From contig CM097885.1 of NCBI GenBank assembly GCA_044892525.1, forward strand, positions 30,010,001-30,074,000: a DNA stretch of 64,000 nucleotides, written 5' to 3'. Below, one piece after another: positions 24,001 through 36,599 of the stretch; positions within the stretch are counted from its first letter, which is position 1; every line of letters starts with the position of its first letter. The notes under the pieces are model-generated. The model worked only from the letters and a program-made list of their open reading frames with translations. It did not search any database and was not told where the DNA came from. Position numbers and translations under genes: made by a program. This DNA is from Schmidtea polychroa (Eukaryota).

Positions 24001-27000
24001 TGATTATTGACAATTTTTAATATTGTTAGTTAATAATTAATAATTTTTATTAATTTTTTAAAATTACCTTAATTATATTATTTTATTATTAATATTCACT
24101 GAAGTCAATTCATTATTTATAATTGCTATTCCTATTATAACTGCAATAATATATAGATCGGTATCCATTGATAAATATTGTTATTTTTTTATCATTACTT
24201 TTAAATGATTCTGTTGGTTGGAAAGGATCTATCTCTTCCTCAGCATAATTTTTCATATTATTTACATAATTTTCCGTCTACTGAAAACAATATTACAAAT
24301 TGACAATTCATTAGAGACTCATAACCACCACCTTCGGATCTCGTTATATACCTGCATGTTACGCTGATAAAATTTGCGGTAATTCTATAGTAGCAATTAA
24401 TTCAAAGGATCGGACATTTTGTGTACTGAAAATTGCATTTGTGAGAATATTATTTGTAAATACGTAATGATTTCAACAGGAAATCAAAATATAACCTGAT
24501 TCAGTTAACAAAATTGAAATAAACTTGTAGCAATGCATTTATAAGTGCTTCCTACAAAATGTAACAAAATTAGTTCAATGAAAACATGATAGTGATAAAT
24601 TCACTCCAAGAATTTTTTTCAAAATTCTCAATTTGTCACAACTTAAAACAAAAAAATTATTTATGAAAGATTTATAATTTACACTTAACTATCAGACTGC
24701 ATTAGAACTGCAATTCAATCGCCAATGCTTAAGCTTTACAACTTGTTGGAATTGATTGACACTTATCCCCGTTTTCACTCATGATATCACTTCCTGATCT
24801 TCCAGCAACAAATGTTCAATCTGACGCTTTCAATAATTCTGGATATTGCTTTACTTTCTTACTAGTTGAATGCAATCTCTTCTTCCATTTTCATTGTATG
24901 ATTAATTCTTTTTTAATGTTGGTTAATCTTATTACTAGCATTTTTGTAATTTGAGTAAATAAGCTTTACTTCACATTCTTTTCTCCTTACATTGTACATT
25001 ACTGCTTTCCAATTGTTATTCAGGGCCCTGATAATTCCTATAATACTAAATAATTCCGATTTACAAAATTAAGCTTATCTTTATACATTTCCAATGAATT
25101 TAATAAGTCTTAGAATTCTCATATAGTTTTGTCGTTAACAAGGTTGGCTTTCCAAGTCGTTCACCAAAAATGCCAGGTTTCTCTGCTTTGGCAATCAATT
25201 CACTTACAATATAACCTGTTATGATGGTCGTGTTCTGTGTTTTTCCTTATTATTTCTTGTTCTTTTTTGACAAAAACTGATCCAGGATATTTAAATTTCT
25301 GATGTGACAAAAGTTTAAATTTTTAATTCATTCAACACATTCTGGTTTATCAGAACTAATGCTTGAAGGTTCGAAACCAAAAATCATGTTGATAGCTACT
25401 CCTTATCTTCCTCTTCTTTTCTTTTACAAATGACATTACTGAAACTAAATTACTGCAACTAACTAAAAATTAGAGTTGATAAAGAATTTAATATATTTCA
25501 AAAATTAAATTTTCCAGGCCCATAAAATTCTTACTCAAGCCCACTTTGAGAAACACTGGTTTATATGACAGTCGTTTAATTTATAGATTGAAATAAAAAT
25601 GTAATATTGTCGATTAAAATATGCAATTTATATGTAATCAATAATTGGAAAAATGTATTTATCATATATTTCTCTCCCTTACAAAAATACTCCTACAACA
25701 AATCTATAACCGAATACTTTCCAGATACGATTCCCGAATATGATACTAATTTTTTGCCGGGAAACTCTGGAACCAATGTGTCCAATAGTTTGCTAGTGAT
25801 GATGAAAGCAGACGAACAAAATGGGCTATTTGATGCGATTGAACCAAAATTGAACAAAATAATCATCACTGAAAAACGTAAAACCTCCATCACAGATATA
25901 AAGGTGTTCAACAATCGATTGTTTGTTTGTGCTTCACGCGGGTTACTGAAGCAATACCATTTGGGCACTCATGAGTGCATTATGGATTATAAAGGCCACC
26001 AATCATTGATCCATTGCCTGTTGCCAACAGTTCACCCGGTCGGTGTCAAGCGGATTCTCAGCGGGGGATGCGATAAGGCGCTATTAGTTCATGATATCGA
26101 CGTAATTCTTTCTCCATTGCCACCTCATTCTCTCTCATCTCCAATATTTCTTTATAGACTGGCGCAATTTTGCACAAAGTTCAAGAAGACAGCACAATTT
26201 TATCTATCTGTGTTCTATTGGATTTCGTTTACTACGGCACTGCCAAGGGAAATGTCGCTACGTTCTCATTGGAAAAGAATAGGCGAATGAGCAGTTTCAA
26301 AGCATCCACTGGGGGGATTACCTGCTTGAGCGCAACAAAGGAAGGCAATGTTCATCTGCTGTTTGTCGGTGCATATGTAAATCCATCAATATTGCCTATT
26401 TGTTGATGGTTTGTAACGGTTGCCCTTCTAGACAGGTAGTTACAGCGTCTGGGACGCAATCACCTATGTCAAGCTCAAGACCATTACTCCAGTGTCCCAT
26501 AAAGAAATGCCAATCGATTTCACCATTCTCCAGAAGCAGCGGGTGCTGGCATACACTAAAAATCATGTCCATTTCATTCCATATGCAGTGAGTATTTATC
26601 CCTTATATAATATTGCCATCCGAATATCTTTTATTATCATATCAATAAATATTGAATAAAATCATTATTTAGTGCATTCAAAACAAATTTTTTATACAGT
26701 AAAATCATTATTTACAATATCTTCTTTTATACAATTTCATTTAAATTATTAAAATAAAATTTCTTTCTGACAAACCGTGTTATTTCAAAATCGTGTAAAA
26801 ATAGACCATATAAGAAAAGATTTTACTTTATCATTTTTTTAATTGATTATTTAAATAATATTATTATTAATGCATTGACTTTTTGAATTGATCAATAATT
26901 GATATATTTAATTATTATTTTGTTAAAATATCAATGGAAATTTATCTACCACAGGAAGATTTTAATTTATTTATTTGAATTATTTCTATTTCTTGAGATT

Positions 27001-28144
27001 TGGAGAAGGAATACATCAGAATCTGTAAAAGGTTTGGGAATTGCAGAAACCGCTGATATATACTTCCTATAATATCAATTATCTTATTATACAAACATCT
27101 AAACTCTTTTTGATTTCATAAAATTTCTTATAAGTTTAAAATGCCATAAAGAAAAAAAAATTAATATATAAAAACATGAATAAAGATCTCATATAGAAAT
27201 CAAAATTCAAGCCTAAAAATTTACTTAAAATATTTTACATAAATTATCTGCCAGAAATATGAAGCAAAATCATTTATTTATTGCATTCAATACAAATTTA
27301 CAATTTATTAATAAAATCATTATATCAATTAATAATTGATTTATTAAATTAATATTATAATTATTAATGTTCGATTTTGAATATATTTGATATTGATAGA
27401 ATAATAATTAATGTTTTTATTAATTGATATTGGAACTGCTTATACAGGTGGGCTAGGAACATTGACACATTTAAATTTAAATAAAACCGAATTGAGATAA
27501 AAAAATAAAATATAAAATAAAGAAGTATTTTAAAAATAAAAGTACTTGTGTTGCTTGTAGGGACGGGATCATTTCAGCGAAGCTTAAAATGCACACGGAA
27601 TGGTCTTAGTAGTTACTTGGCCGTTTTAATGAATATTTCATTTAAGAATCAAAAATTATTTATTAATTTTATTTATTTTAATTGGTTTTGTATAAATGTC
27701 ATGCGTGTCAGATCTGTTTGCGCCATCCTGTACAGTGAGGAGTTTCCTATCAGTTTCTTATTGTAACGTTAAACATTAATTGATTTCCTAGAAAATGAAG
27801 TTTACGTCATCATTCAATCATTTCGATTCAATCAGCCGTTTATGCTTGACTAGCAATTACATAATCATTGGAGATGCGTGTGGGAAAATTGCGCTGTATA
27901 AAATCAAAGTAAAGCTTGCAAACCTTCAGCAAATGATATTATTTGCCATATTTACAGGGTTCTCATATACAAAAAATACCAAAACGAACAATTGCCAACT
28001 CTAATTCTCCCATAGTTTCATTGACATTTTACAACAATACAGTAGGAGCTTCGCGTAATTTTGCACTTACCTATTCGCTCTTTTCAGATTATAAGCGGGG
28101 ATAAAACTGCGACAATTTATTTTAATCGGTTGGTCGAATCGTAA
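21062..28144 (+). CDS. ZNF106: Spliced host gene, ZNF106/ZFP106-like (coiled coil, RS/acidic low-complexity middle, C-terminal WD40 propeller); 5' exons not resolved
   Basis: Phase-consistent GT-AG exons ~21062-21171, 21214-21799, 21861-21942, 21997-23525, 25725-26101, 26158-26376, 26432-26587, 27792-27908, 27958-28041, 28088-28144(TAA). WD40 part (SITDIKVFNNRLFVC, YKGHQSLIHCLLPT, YYGTAKGNVATFSLEKNRR, ITCLSATKEGNVHLLFVGAY, SVWDA) matches the ZNF106 WD40 domain as I recall it. Confidence 0.7.
22260..22565 (+). repeat. Coding 36-bp tandem repeat (TRSRRRTRSRSY)n, RS domain
   Basis: actagatcaagaagacgcactagatcaaggagttac units. Confidence 0.9.
22640..22822 (+). repeat. Coding 18-bp tandem repeat (IKESPQ) about 10 copies
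   Basis: atcaaggaatcaccacag units. Confidence 0.95.
24690..25558 (-). mobile_element. Degenerate hAT (Charlie-type) transposon in an intron; left boundary uncertain
   Basis: Terminus CAGTGTTTCTCAAAGTG (reverse complement, ending at 25558); remnant GYIVSELIAKAEKPGIFGERLGKP. Confidence 0.55.
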
Positions 28145-29194
28145 CATTGGGAAATTGCAAGTTTACAGATTACAGGTTATTTTCTAGAGCTTATGAGAAA
28201 TTGTAAATAAAATAAATTTTTGTCTTCTTATTGGTTGAATTGTATCAAATTTTGGATTATTATTATTGATTATTATTATTTATTATTGTTATTGATTATT
28301 AATTATTGATTATTATTATTTATTATTGTTATTGATTATTATTTTTGATATAATTATTTGTATTTATTGTTACAATATTTGGATTTGATATTTTCATGAC
28401 TGCCGTTAGAAGGTGTTATGTATTAACGTTCAATTCATTGCTATTTGTGGATGTTAATTTTTAAAATATATAAAAGAAAAAACGTATTTTTATAAAATAA
28501 AATATTAAAAAATTTAAAATTTAATTAAATTATAGAATTTTAAATTAAAGTAAAATATAAATTAAATATAATTAAACCAATAGCAACTATAGATTGTGAC
28601 GTGTTATTAATTTACTCCTATGGCGCAGGCTTTGTAAGCTGTCTATGAGTCTGAGTAGAAAATGAGATAGCAACTATAGATAAGAACTCATAAATAAATT
28701 GAAATTTCTCCATTTTCAATTAGTTATTTTCCAGTAATAGTTCAATTGACAAACACAGAGTAGGTTTACACTAAATACAATCAGTAAAAAATTCTATTGT
28801 TGACGAAAACGTTAAATCACAAATTATTCAAAAAATGTCAAACGATAAACAGTGTAAAATGAATTTTGGCATCCCACAAGCCTCCTATCCTCAGTGATAA
28901 TTTAAAATTTAAATAATGAACTCTAATCTAAAAATAAATGCTAACTTATCTCACATTGATACAAAAAAATTAAAATCAAATTTTAAGGATTTATTAGAAA
29001 GCTAACAAGGACAGAACCTCGGGGAGTGGGGTCAAATACACCCCCGCCCAGCACTCCAGGTTATGTTGATTTATTAACATGTTCCTTATTTTCAGTATAA
29101 AATTGACTAGAACCATTTTGAATTAAATCATAATGATGAAAAGTTAAATCGCAAAATTTTAAAGGAAACTGATATACTAAATATGGAAAAACCC

Positions 29195-29380
29195 TATTTA
29201 AAAATACATGTAAAATCCCTGAACTAATTACTTAGAACAAATCACCCCAAACTCATTACATTATATAAATGTCAGAATTAAGGAAACCTCGTTATATATA
29301 ACAGCAAAATGAACTAAAATTTCAAATATCCTACTAAAATGGAAACCTAAGGACACATAAATCCGTTATAAATCCAATTC
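29195..29380 (+). repeat. Diverged local duplicate of ~30130-30310
   Basis: aaaatccctgaactaattacttagaacaaatcaccccaaactca... versus aaaatccctaaactaattactaagaacaaggcaccccaaactca... Confidence 0.7.
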
Positions 29381-30540
29381 CACTGTAAATATCATTAAAA
29401 ATATAAGAGTCAAACTAAATAAAATACCAATATTAACGAAAAATGACTTAAATTTAAAATTTTATTAATTCATTAAATTATATAACATTAGACTTAACAA
29501 AAATTACATTTCAAATACAAAGAATCAAATTTACCTTCCTACTATGGCATACACTGAGATTTGAGAGCGCCTACAACGTCTAGTGAATGTGACAATTTTA
29601 GATTAAATTTAGTTTGCTTTTTGTGGTGTTTGACTGAATTTTTAATCAGTATTTATACTGATTTTGACTGTGCATTCATGCATTCTCTTCTACTCTAACC
29701 AATTAGAATGCGAGAAGTTTTGAATTACTTTTGCATGCATGCATGAGTGTGTGCAATAATTTATTTTTTAATTTAATAGATTTAATTAATTATTTAATTT
29801 TTTATTAATTTTAATAATTTATTTATATAAATTTTATAATTTAAATAATTTGAGTTATTTTAATTTTTATTAATTTACACACTTTTATTCTTTAAATTTC
29901 ATTAGTTACTTAATTCTAACCATTTAATTCTATAAACTTTACAATTTACATAATGTTAACTAATTTTATTATTTTGACGATTTAATTTTTATATAGTTTA
30001 CAACAATAGTTAAATTAAACAAATACTACAAATGCAATACGAATTCTGCTACCCACAATTCAACATAAGAAAATTGATGGAACAATGCGACATCAAAAAA
30101 GAATGGCTCAGTAAAATAAAAGAAAACCCGATTGTAAATTACATATAAAATCCCTAAACTAATTACTAAGAACAAGGCACCCCAAACTCATGACATATAA
30201 ATGTCATAATCAAGAAAATCTCGTTATATATTAACAGCAAAAGGAACTAAAATTCCAAATATCCTACTAACATGGAAACCTAAGGAAATACAAACAAAAT
30301 TCCAATTAGATATCCTGAATAAACTCAATGCCCGCCAACAGGAAAGAAGGATAATATCGCAACGAGCCTTTACAGATAAAAGAAAATTCTTCCTAACCAT
30401 ATACAACTATAAATTTACAATAAAAACAGAACAAGGGATAAAAATAGGTAATTCCATTTTTTCTAAAAAATCTAAAATTGTAAATAGAAAAAACAATAAT
30501 CAAAATATATCATTTACAGATAAATTTAACATTCTCATCG

Positions 30541-30652
30541 TGTTGAATTTTGTTTTGAATAAATTTGATTTTAGTAATTTTCAAACAAATAGTGTTTTTC
30601 CACTATCACTCGGACCAATGATTTGGTATACTGCATCATTTCTTAATTCCAT
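30541..30652 (-). pseudogene. N-terminal fragment of a second lineage-B packaging ATPase
   Basis: MELRNDAVYQIIGPSDSGKTLFV*KLLK, nearly identical to 19800-19914. Confidence 0.85.
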
Positions 30653-30753
30653 TTCAAATTTTATAAATATATATGTATTTGTTTATATTCGATGATTTAA
30701 TGAACACGCGTTCAATTTGTGTATAAAGACTAATTTTCATAAATGATTTAATA

Positions 30754-31055
30754 ATGTTAGCAAATATAAATTATCGAGGAAATTTTGATGTATCGAATAT
30801 GAGGTTCCCCACAGGAAAACCACAGCATATTGGTGATAGAAGCGGGAAATACCCGATAATATTTTTCAAGACAGGTAAATGCATAATCATGGTATGTAAG
30901 AAACCCTTGGATATTAATAAATTACAATATCGAATAAATAATATTAAAATCCAAATAATGGGACATAGTATCAATCTATATAACATGTCGAAAAAATGTG
31001 ATTGTATGTTTGAACCGGAATTGTTTCTGGCACTAGGACTATTAAAATATATTTT
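30754..31055 (+). pseudogene. TATA-binding-protein-like (TBP fold) ORF divergent from the Polinton ATPase, truncated
   Basis: NINYRG, IIFFKTGKCIIM (cf. TBP LIFSSGKMVCTG), SINLY...FEPELFLAL (cf. YEPELFPGL). Confidence 0.6.
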
Positions 31056-31059
31056 TCAA

Positions 31060-31541
31060 GATTCAATAATCAATAATCAATGGAGATAAGAGTCACTAAT
31101 CCCATAGTTACTTCCTTGGCCGTTGTCCAAACCTCACCGCCTTCGGCTTTCCGTAGTAGGTTGTCGATGTCATTTTCCAGTTGCGATTCTGCTACTCACG
31201 GGGTATCCGTTGCTGGTATGATTCTGAACAGAGGTGGTCCTGTTATTGTTTGGGTCGTGACTACTGAGGTGGAAAACAACGCAGCTTCGACGGCGACTAA
31301 TTCATCTTCCTTGCGCTTTGATCGCTCTGCGCGTGTGATAATTTTTCGTTTCGGACGAATAGTTAGATTTGAAGTTAGACCAGTGGAGCAACGAAAAAAG
31401 GTATTACCCCTTTACATTCGCCCAAAAATATTTGTGTCTAGTATTCCTATCGGACTGGAGTGCACATTACCACCTACTTATTTAATTAATATATCTAGTT
31501 TTCAAACGAGATTTCCCGCCCGATAGACCGGTTCTATCACA
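31060..31541 (-). mobile_element. Possible LTR-like insertion truncating the TBP-like ORF
   Basis: Abrupt GC increase; minus strand starts TGTGATAGAACC at 31541; no partner LTR seen. Confidence 0.25.
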
Positions 31542-32190
31542 ATTTGAGTAGGTATAATTTAATTTCATATAAGATGGTAAGATTCTATATTTTATATTTC
31601 GTTTAGTGTTTGCATCACACATGTTTTCTTGAATTTTTCACATTATCATCTAGTAAAAATAATTTTCTTTACTTTTTACTGTAACAATGTATAAATGAAA
31701 TTAATTTCTTTTCAAATTGGTATGATCAAAAATTAAAATATGTGTGCTACTCACAGATGTTTTGTTATAACATTTTTAGTTGAAATAAATTTATTGATAA
31801 GTTGCAATTCAACTCATTATTTTATTAATTTGATGCAATATTTTTATAATCTTGTTACAATTTGCTTAAATATTTACAACTACTTTGTTATTACCCCCTT
31901 CCCCAGCGCGCCGGGCTGTTTTATTTAATACTAAATTGGTATTATCTGGTAGTTTCCTAAGATTCATCCATCAACTACTCACCTCAAATGGCTATTGATG
32001 GTATCTCTAACACTAATGAGAATGAGATACAAGTGAAAGATGTGTCCTCAATTAACACGATTTAGCAAAGCATGCTATAGATTTTTGTCATTTTTTTATA
32101 TTTTAATATATAAAAATGAATAATATAAATCTTAAAATTCAAGAAAAAAGTTGTGTAGTATGAACTCATCATTCACAAGTTTAAATCGAT

Positions 32191-32388
32191 TCAAGTTCTT
32201 TCCTGTAATTGTTTCATTTTCTTTAACCTTATCTCAGCAACTTCTACAGCTTTCATGTAAAAATGTCGATACTTTCCATTCTCTACATCCAACTCTTCAA
32301 TATATACTAATGGTTCTTCTCTTCTTTTCATTCTCTCAAGTTTAACTTCTTTCAATTCATTTCTCATTCTTTTAATTATATCATTCAT
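32191..32388 (-). pseudogene. Truncated gene divergent from MCP, unknown product
   Basis: 65-aa charged ORF head-to-head with MCP across a 47-bp AT-rich gap. Confidence 0.35.
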
Positions 32389-32435
32389 TTTTATAAATTA
32401 TTTTTTTACTGGTATATTAATTTTAATATATAAAA

Positions 32436-33722
32436 ATGAATAATATAAAAATTCAAGAAAAAAATAAATTAAATCTTGATTACAATCCAGAATTTACTCA
32501 TGAAATCAAAAAAAGTGATCTTTTAAAAATATCTCCGACTTCAGGTTCTATTACAAATTTAAATCGTTCAGGTGATATAGTTTTTCAATCCCTTCAAACA
32601 TCAAATCCTATAGACATTTGTAATTCAAAATTATATTACAAAATTGAATTAGAGATTGAAGCAAATAAAAACATAACACTTGAAAATAATTTCTTTCCAA
32701 ACTTATTCTCTAACATGAGATTAAAACTTGGATCTACAGAGATTGAAACCATCTTAAATCCAGGTGTATATTCTACAATGTTAAATTTTGTTTTGACTGG
32801 CAGTGATCACAAAAATGAATATGGAGAATCTACAGGTTGGATACCTGATAGTAATAAAGGTGATACAGTTAAAGATGGTCTAGATGTAAACACTGGATAC
32901 TATAAGCGAGTTGAACTTTACAAGTCTAAAAAGTTTGAAGGTTATTTTGATTTAAAACATTTATTTAGATTCCTTCAAAACTATAACAGAGTGATACATA
33001 ATGTTTTTATAGAATTAATTTGTAATAGAATAGATGCTGATAAAATATTATTCTATGGAGAGAATGATACAAAAGCTGAATTAAAATTAAAAACACTTGA
33101 ACAACATATACCTGAATGGACTTTAAATCCAAACTCTGAAATCAAACTCCTTGAAAGATTAAATTCCAACAAGTCTATAAATGTAAATTATTTAAATAGA
33201 ATCTGTAGTGAATTTAGTATGACAGAGGGTTCAACATATTCTATAAAGGTAGCAAATTTAGCATACCGACCAAGATATATCTTGATTGGATTCAAAGAAA
33301 CAGATTCATCTTTCCAAAAAAATAACAATCTATTTATTCAAAAGATTCAAGATGATAATTTAAAAACAATTCAAATTCAATTAAATAATTCCTATTATCC
33401 TATAAATCGAATGGAATTTAATATTGAAAAAAATGAAAACATATTCCCTTATTTAAATTATATTGAAACATGTCATGATTTTAAAGTTGAACCGCAATTA
33501 AGTCTAGAAGATTTCAAAAATTTATATTCTATATTTTGTATAAATGTATCAGACCAAGATGATAGATTAGCCATAAATAATGTTGATGTTACACTTCATG
33601 TAACAAAGGATTCTAATTTTAAAGCTAAAGTATATACATTAATATTAGAAGAAAAGAAAATAGAAATGAAATTGTATGGTGGAAAGATTTCAATAATTGA
33701 AAATGTCAGAGGTGATTCCTAG
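32436..33722 (+). CDS. Major capsid protein (double jelly-roll, hexon-like), apparently intact
   Basis: 428 aa; LENNFFPNLFSNMRLKLGSTEIETILNPG, RPRYILIGF, IQIQLNNSYYP, YSIFCINVS; Polinton synteny. Confidence 0.85.
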   Translation: MNNIKIQEKNKLNLDYNPEFTHEIKKSDLLKISPTSGSITNLNRSGDIVFQSLQTSNPIDICNSKLYYKIELEIEANKNITLENNFFPNLFSNMRLKLGSTEIETILNPGVYSTMLNFVLTGSDHKNEYGESTGWIPDSNKGDTVKDGLDVNTGYYKRVELYKSKKFEGYFDLKHLFRFLQNYNRVIHNVFIELICNRIDADKILFYGENDTKAELKLKTLEQHIPEWTLNPNSEIKLLERLNSNKSINVNYLNRICSEFSMTEGSTYSIKVANLAYRPRYILIGFKETDSSFQKNNNLFIQKIQDDNLKTIQIQLNNSYYPINRMEFNIEKNENIFPYLNYIETCHDFKVEPQLSLEDFKNLYSIFCINVSDQDDRLAINNVDVTLHVTKDSNFKAKVYTLILEEKKIEMKLYGGKISIIENVRGDS

Positions 33723-33750
33723 AGAGTTTCTCTAAATATCTATAAATAAA

Positions 33751-35258
33751 ATGTCTCTAAGTAAACCATATTGGAAATGTGAAACCTGCCAGTGTCAAGT
33801 TAGAAAACATCATAAAGCAAGTCATGTTAAAACTAAAAAACATATACTTGGAATAAATACATCTAGACAAGATCCTAGTAGACAAGATCCTGGTAGACAA
33901 ATCTTTAAACTTTATTCCCCTAGAAGTCCTCCTAGAAATTCTCCTAGAAATTCTCCTAGAAATTCTCCTGGATTTATTTTTGAGAAACAAGGAGGAGACC
34001 TTCAATCTTCAAAAGTAACATCTTCAATCCAAAAACATTTTACTACTGAAAAATATCCAGGTGAAAGACATTTATTCAAACACAACTATACTGGACCAGG
34101 AACAAGATTGGATATTAGATTAGATGAAAATAATAATCCCAAACCTGGAGAAGAACCAATAAATAGAATTGATCAATCAGCTTTAAAACATGACATTGCA
34201 TACAATTCAGAAGATCTTAGAGATAGACATGTAGCAGATGTAAATTTAATTCATGATTTAAATAATATTGAAAATCCATCAACTCGAGAAAAGATTCAAA
34301 GAGCTTTAGTTAAATTAGCCATGAAAGGTAAAATCTTTTTAGGTGCAGGTCTACCAAGGATGGCAAAAGATGTTGCCAACAAAAAGATTATTGAACAAGC
34401 AGATATTGAGAATCACCCCGAGAAACACCCTGAGAATATATCCAAGACTAATTTACAAACCCCAACAGAATCAGAAATAAAATATGCCAAGGAATTACAC
34501 CATGAATTTAGAAAAAATAAAAAATATTTAAAAGTTCAAGTACATGAAAAAGATCAAACATGGTCTGCAGATTTAGTCTTTATCCCCAAATCATCAGACC
34601 CTGAAAAATATAAAATAATTTTAACAGTAATAGATTTATATACAAGATTTGCTTTTGCAAGATGTTTAGAAAATAAAACAGGATATTCCATTACAGAAGC
34701 ATTTGAAAATATATTTGAAGAATATCAAAGAATTCCAAAATATTTATGGTGTGATAAAGGAACAGAATTTTATAACAAAGTTTTTAAATGAAAATGATAT
34801 TAAATTATATTCAACAGAAAACGAAGGAAAAGCAGTCGTAGTTGAAAGATTAAATAGAACATTAAAAAATAAAATGTGGAAATATTTTACTGCTATTGGA
34901 AAACAAAAATGGAACAATGAATTGTTACAAAAGATTGTAAATGAATATAATAATGATGTACATAGTTCTATAAAATTAACACCTTTAAATGCTTCCTTGA
35001 ATCCTTTGGAACTCGTGAATCCTGAAATAGTTAAAGTGGTAAATGAAAAACCAAAATTTAAAATTGGTGACCGCGTAAGAATATTTAAATATAAAAATAA
35101 ATTTGAAAAAGGATTCACAGCAAAATGAACAAATGAAATTTTTATTATAAATAAAATACATTATACAACTCCAATAACATATAGCATCATTGATTTAAAT
35201 AATGAAAAAATATTAGGTAGATTTTATAATAATGAACTACAGAAAACAGATTTCTAAA
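33751..35258 (+). pseudogene. Zn-finger-PLA2-integrase fusion, copy 1 (11-bp deletion frameshift at ~34785 and TGG>TGA at 35126)
   Basis: CETC...H...H finger; HNYTGPGT and KHDIAY (parvovirus-type PLA2); WSADL, CDKGTEF, VVERLNRTLK (DDE); lesions seen by comparison with 59118-60524. Confidence 0.9.
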
Positions 35259-36050
35259 TCAAAACAAACTTTTCTTCATTTCAGCTTCTTCTCTATCCAA
35301 ATAAATATAATTATATTTTTCTTTCCAATGATTATCAACAAACATATCAAACATATTCTTATCAGGTTCAACATTTGAAAATAAATTATTATAAATCATA
35401 TTCTTGTCCCGTCGATCTAATTTAAAAAATATAAAACAATTAGAATTATTTCTTATAGAGTTTTTATCCAAAGCATAATAAGTTTGAGATATATAAATAA
35501 CATTACAATTATTATGCCGTCCTCGTGTAAAGTAACTCTTTTGAATCTCTTGGTTTTTCATGTTGACAACATCATCAAATATAACTAAATTCTTTTTATT
35601 TCTAGGAAGTAAATCACAATGTATTACATCTTCAGGTTTATTAGAGAATAAAACTTGAATTGTCTCACCTTGGCTCTCGCAGATATAATCATTTTTATTA
35701 TTAATATCCGATTCCATGATCTTTTCCTTGTACCAGTCTACCATATCACAAGGTTGAAAAACTTCTTTAGGACACTCCTCTTGATGTTTAAAAATATCAA
35801 TCATTCCTTTTTTAGTTAATTTATTTTCAAATCCACATTTCAAAAGTTGTAATTCCGGTTGATTATTGGTTGTAGAATAAAATATTAAATTATTATAATC
35901 TAGAAAAGCATCTTCAAGTAACATCCTCAAAAGAAGTACATTCTTTCCACATCCAGAAGATCCAACAATTAATAATCTAAAATTATCAGGAAATACCTTA
36001 TTATTAAATTTACTCTTGTGTCGAACTAAAATTGGTTTCCAATCATCCAT
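35259..36050 (-). CDS. A32/FtsK-like packaging ATPase, copy 1, apparently intact
   Basis: VGSSGCGKN Walker A, VIFDD Walker B, FTRGRHNNCNVIYISQ, IRNNSN; likely start MDDWKP at 36050. Confidence 0.9.
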   Translation of the reverse strand: MDDWKPILVRHKSKFNNKVFPDNFRLLIVGSSGCGKNVLLLRMLLEDAFLDYNNLIFYSTTNNQPELQLLKCGFENKLTKKGMIDIFKHQEECPKEVFQPCDMVDWYKEKIMESDINNKNDYICESQGETIQVLFSNKPEDVIHCDLLPRNKKNLVIFDDVVNMKNQEIQKSYFTRGRHNNCNVIYISQTYYALDKNSIRNNSNCFIFFKLDRRDKNMIYNNLFSNVEPDKNMFDMFVDNHWKEKYNYIYLDREEAEMKKSLF

Positions 36051-36065
36051 TTTATTATTTAAAAA

Positions 36066-36599
36066 ATGACAACATGGGAACCTTCGGAGGAATCTTTGCA
36101 AGAATTAATAAATTCAAATAAAAGTAAATCAGTAGTAATTGATGGTAAAAAATATTTTATTGGAAAACATGTAAAGGAACAAGTTAAAGAGCGACAGAAG
36201 GAGCAAGCTAAAGAGGGTGGTTTTCTTCCATTAGCTGCTTTAATACCTGCAATCATTGCTGGTTTATCAGGTGCTGCTGGAATAGCTGGAGGAATTGCAA
36301 CTACAGTTCAAAAAGCTAAAGAATCTCAAAAGACAGACCTAGAAAAAGAAAAACTACAAACTGAAATCGATTCAATGAAGAAGAAGGGGAAAGGGTCTGT
36401 TGGAAAGGGTCTTTATCTTGATCCTTATAAAGGTAGAGGTTTAAATGATTTTTTCAAGAATCAAATTTCATCATCTAATTCTTTATCTCCAAAGGATAAA
36501 GAGGATTTAAAAAAAATATGTAAATCCTTAAAGAATGGGTGCATGTGTAAAACTAAAAATGGTATAGGGAGGTATAAATGGTATAAAAATGGTATAAAA
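36066..36599 (+). CDS. Adenovirus pX-like Polinton protein (stop lost, so read through into the next ORF in this copy)
   Basis: EGGFLPLAALIPAIIAGLSGAAGIAGG hydrophobic segment after a GG site; GKGLYLDPY motif. Confidence 0.7.
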
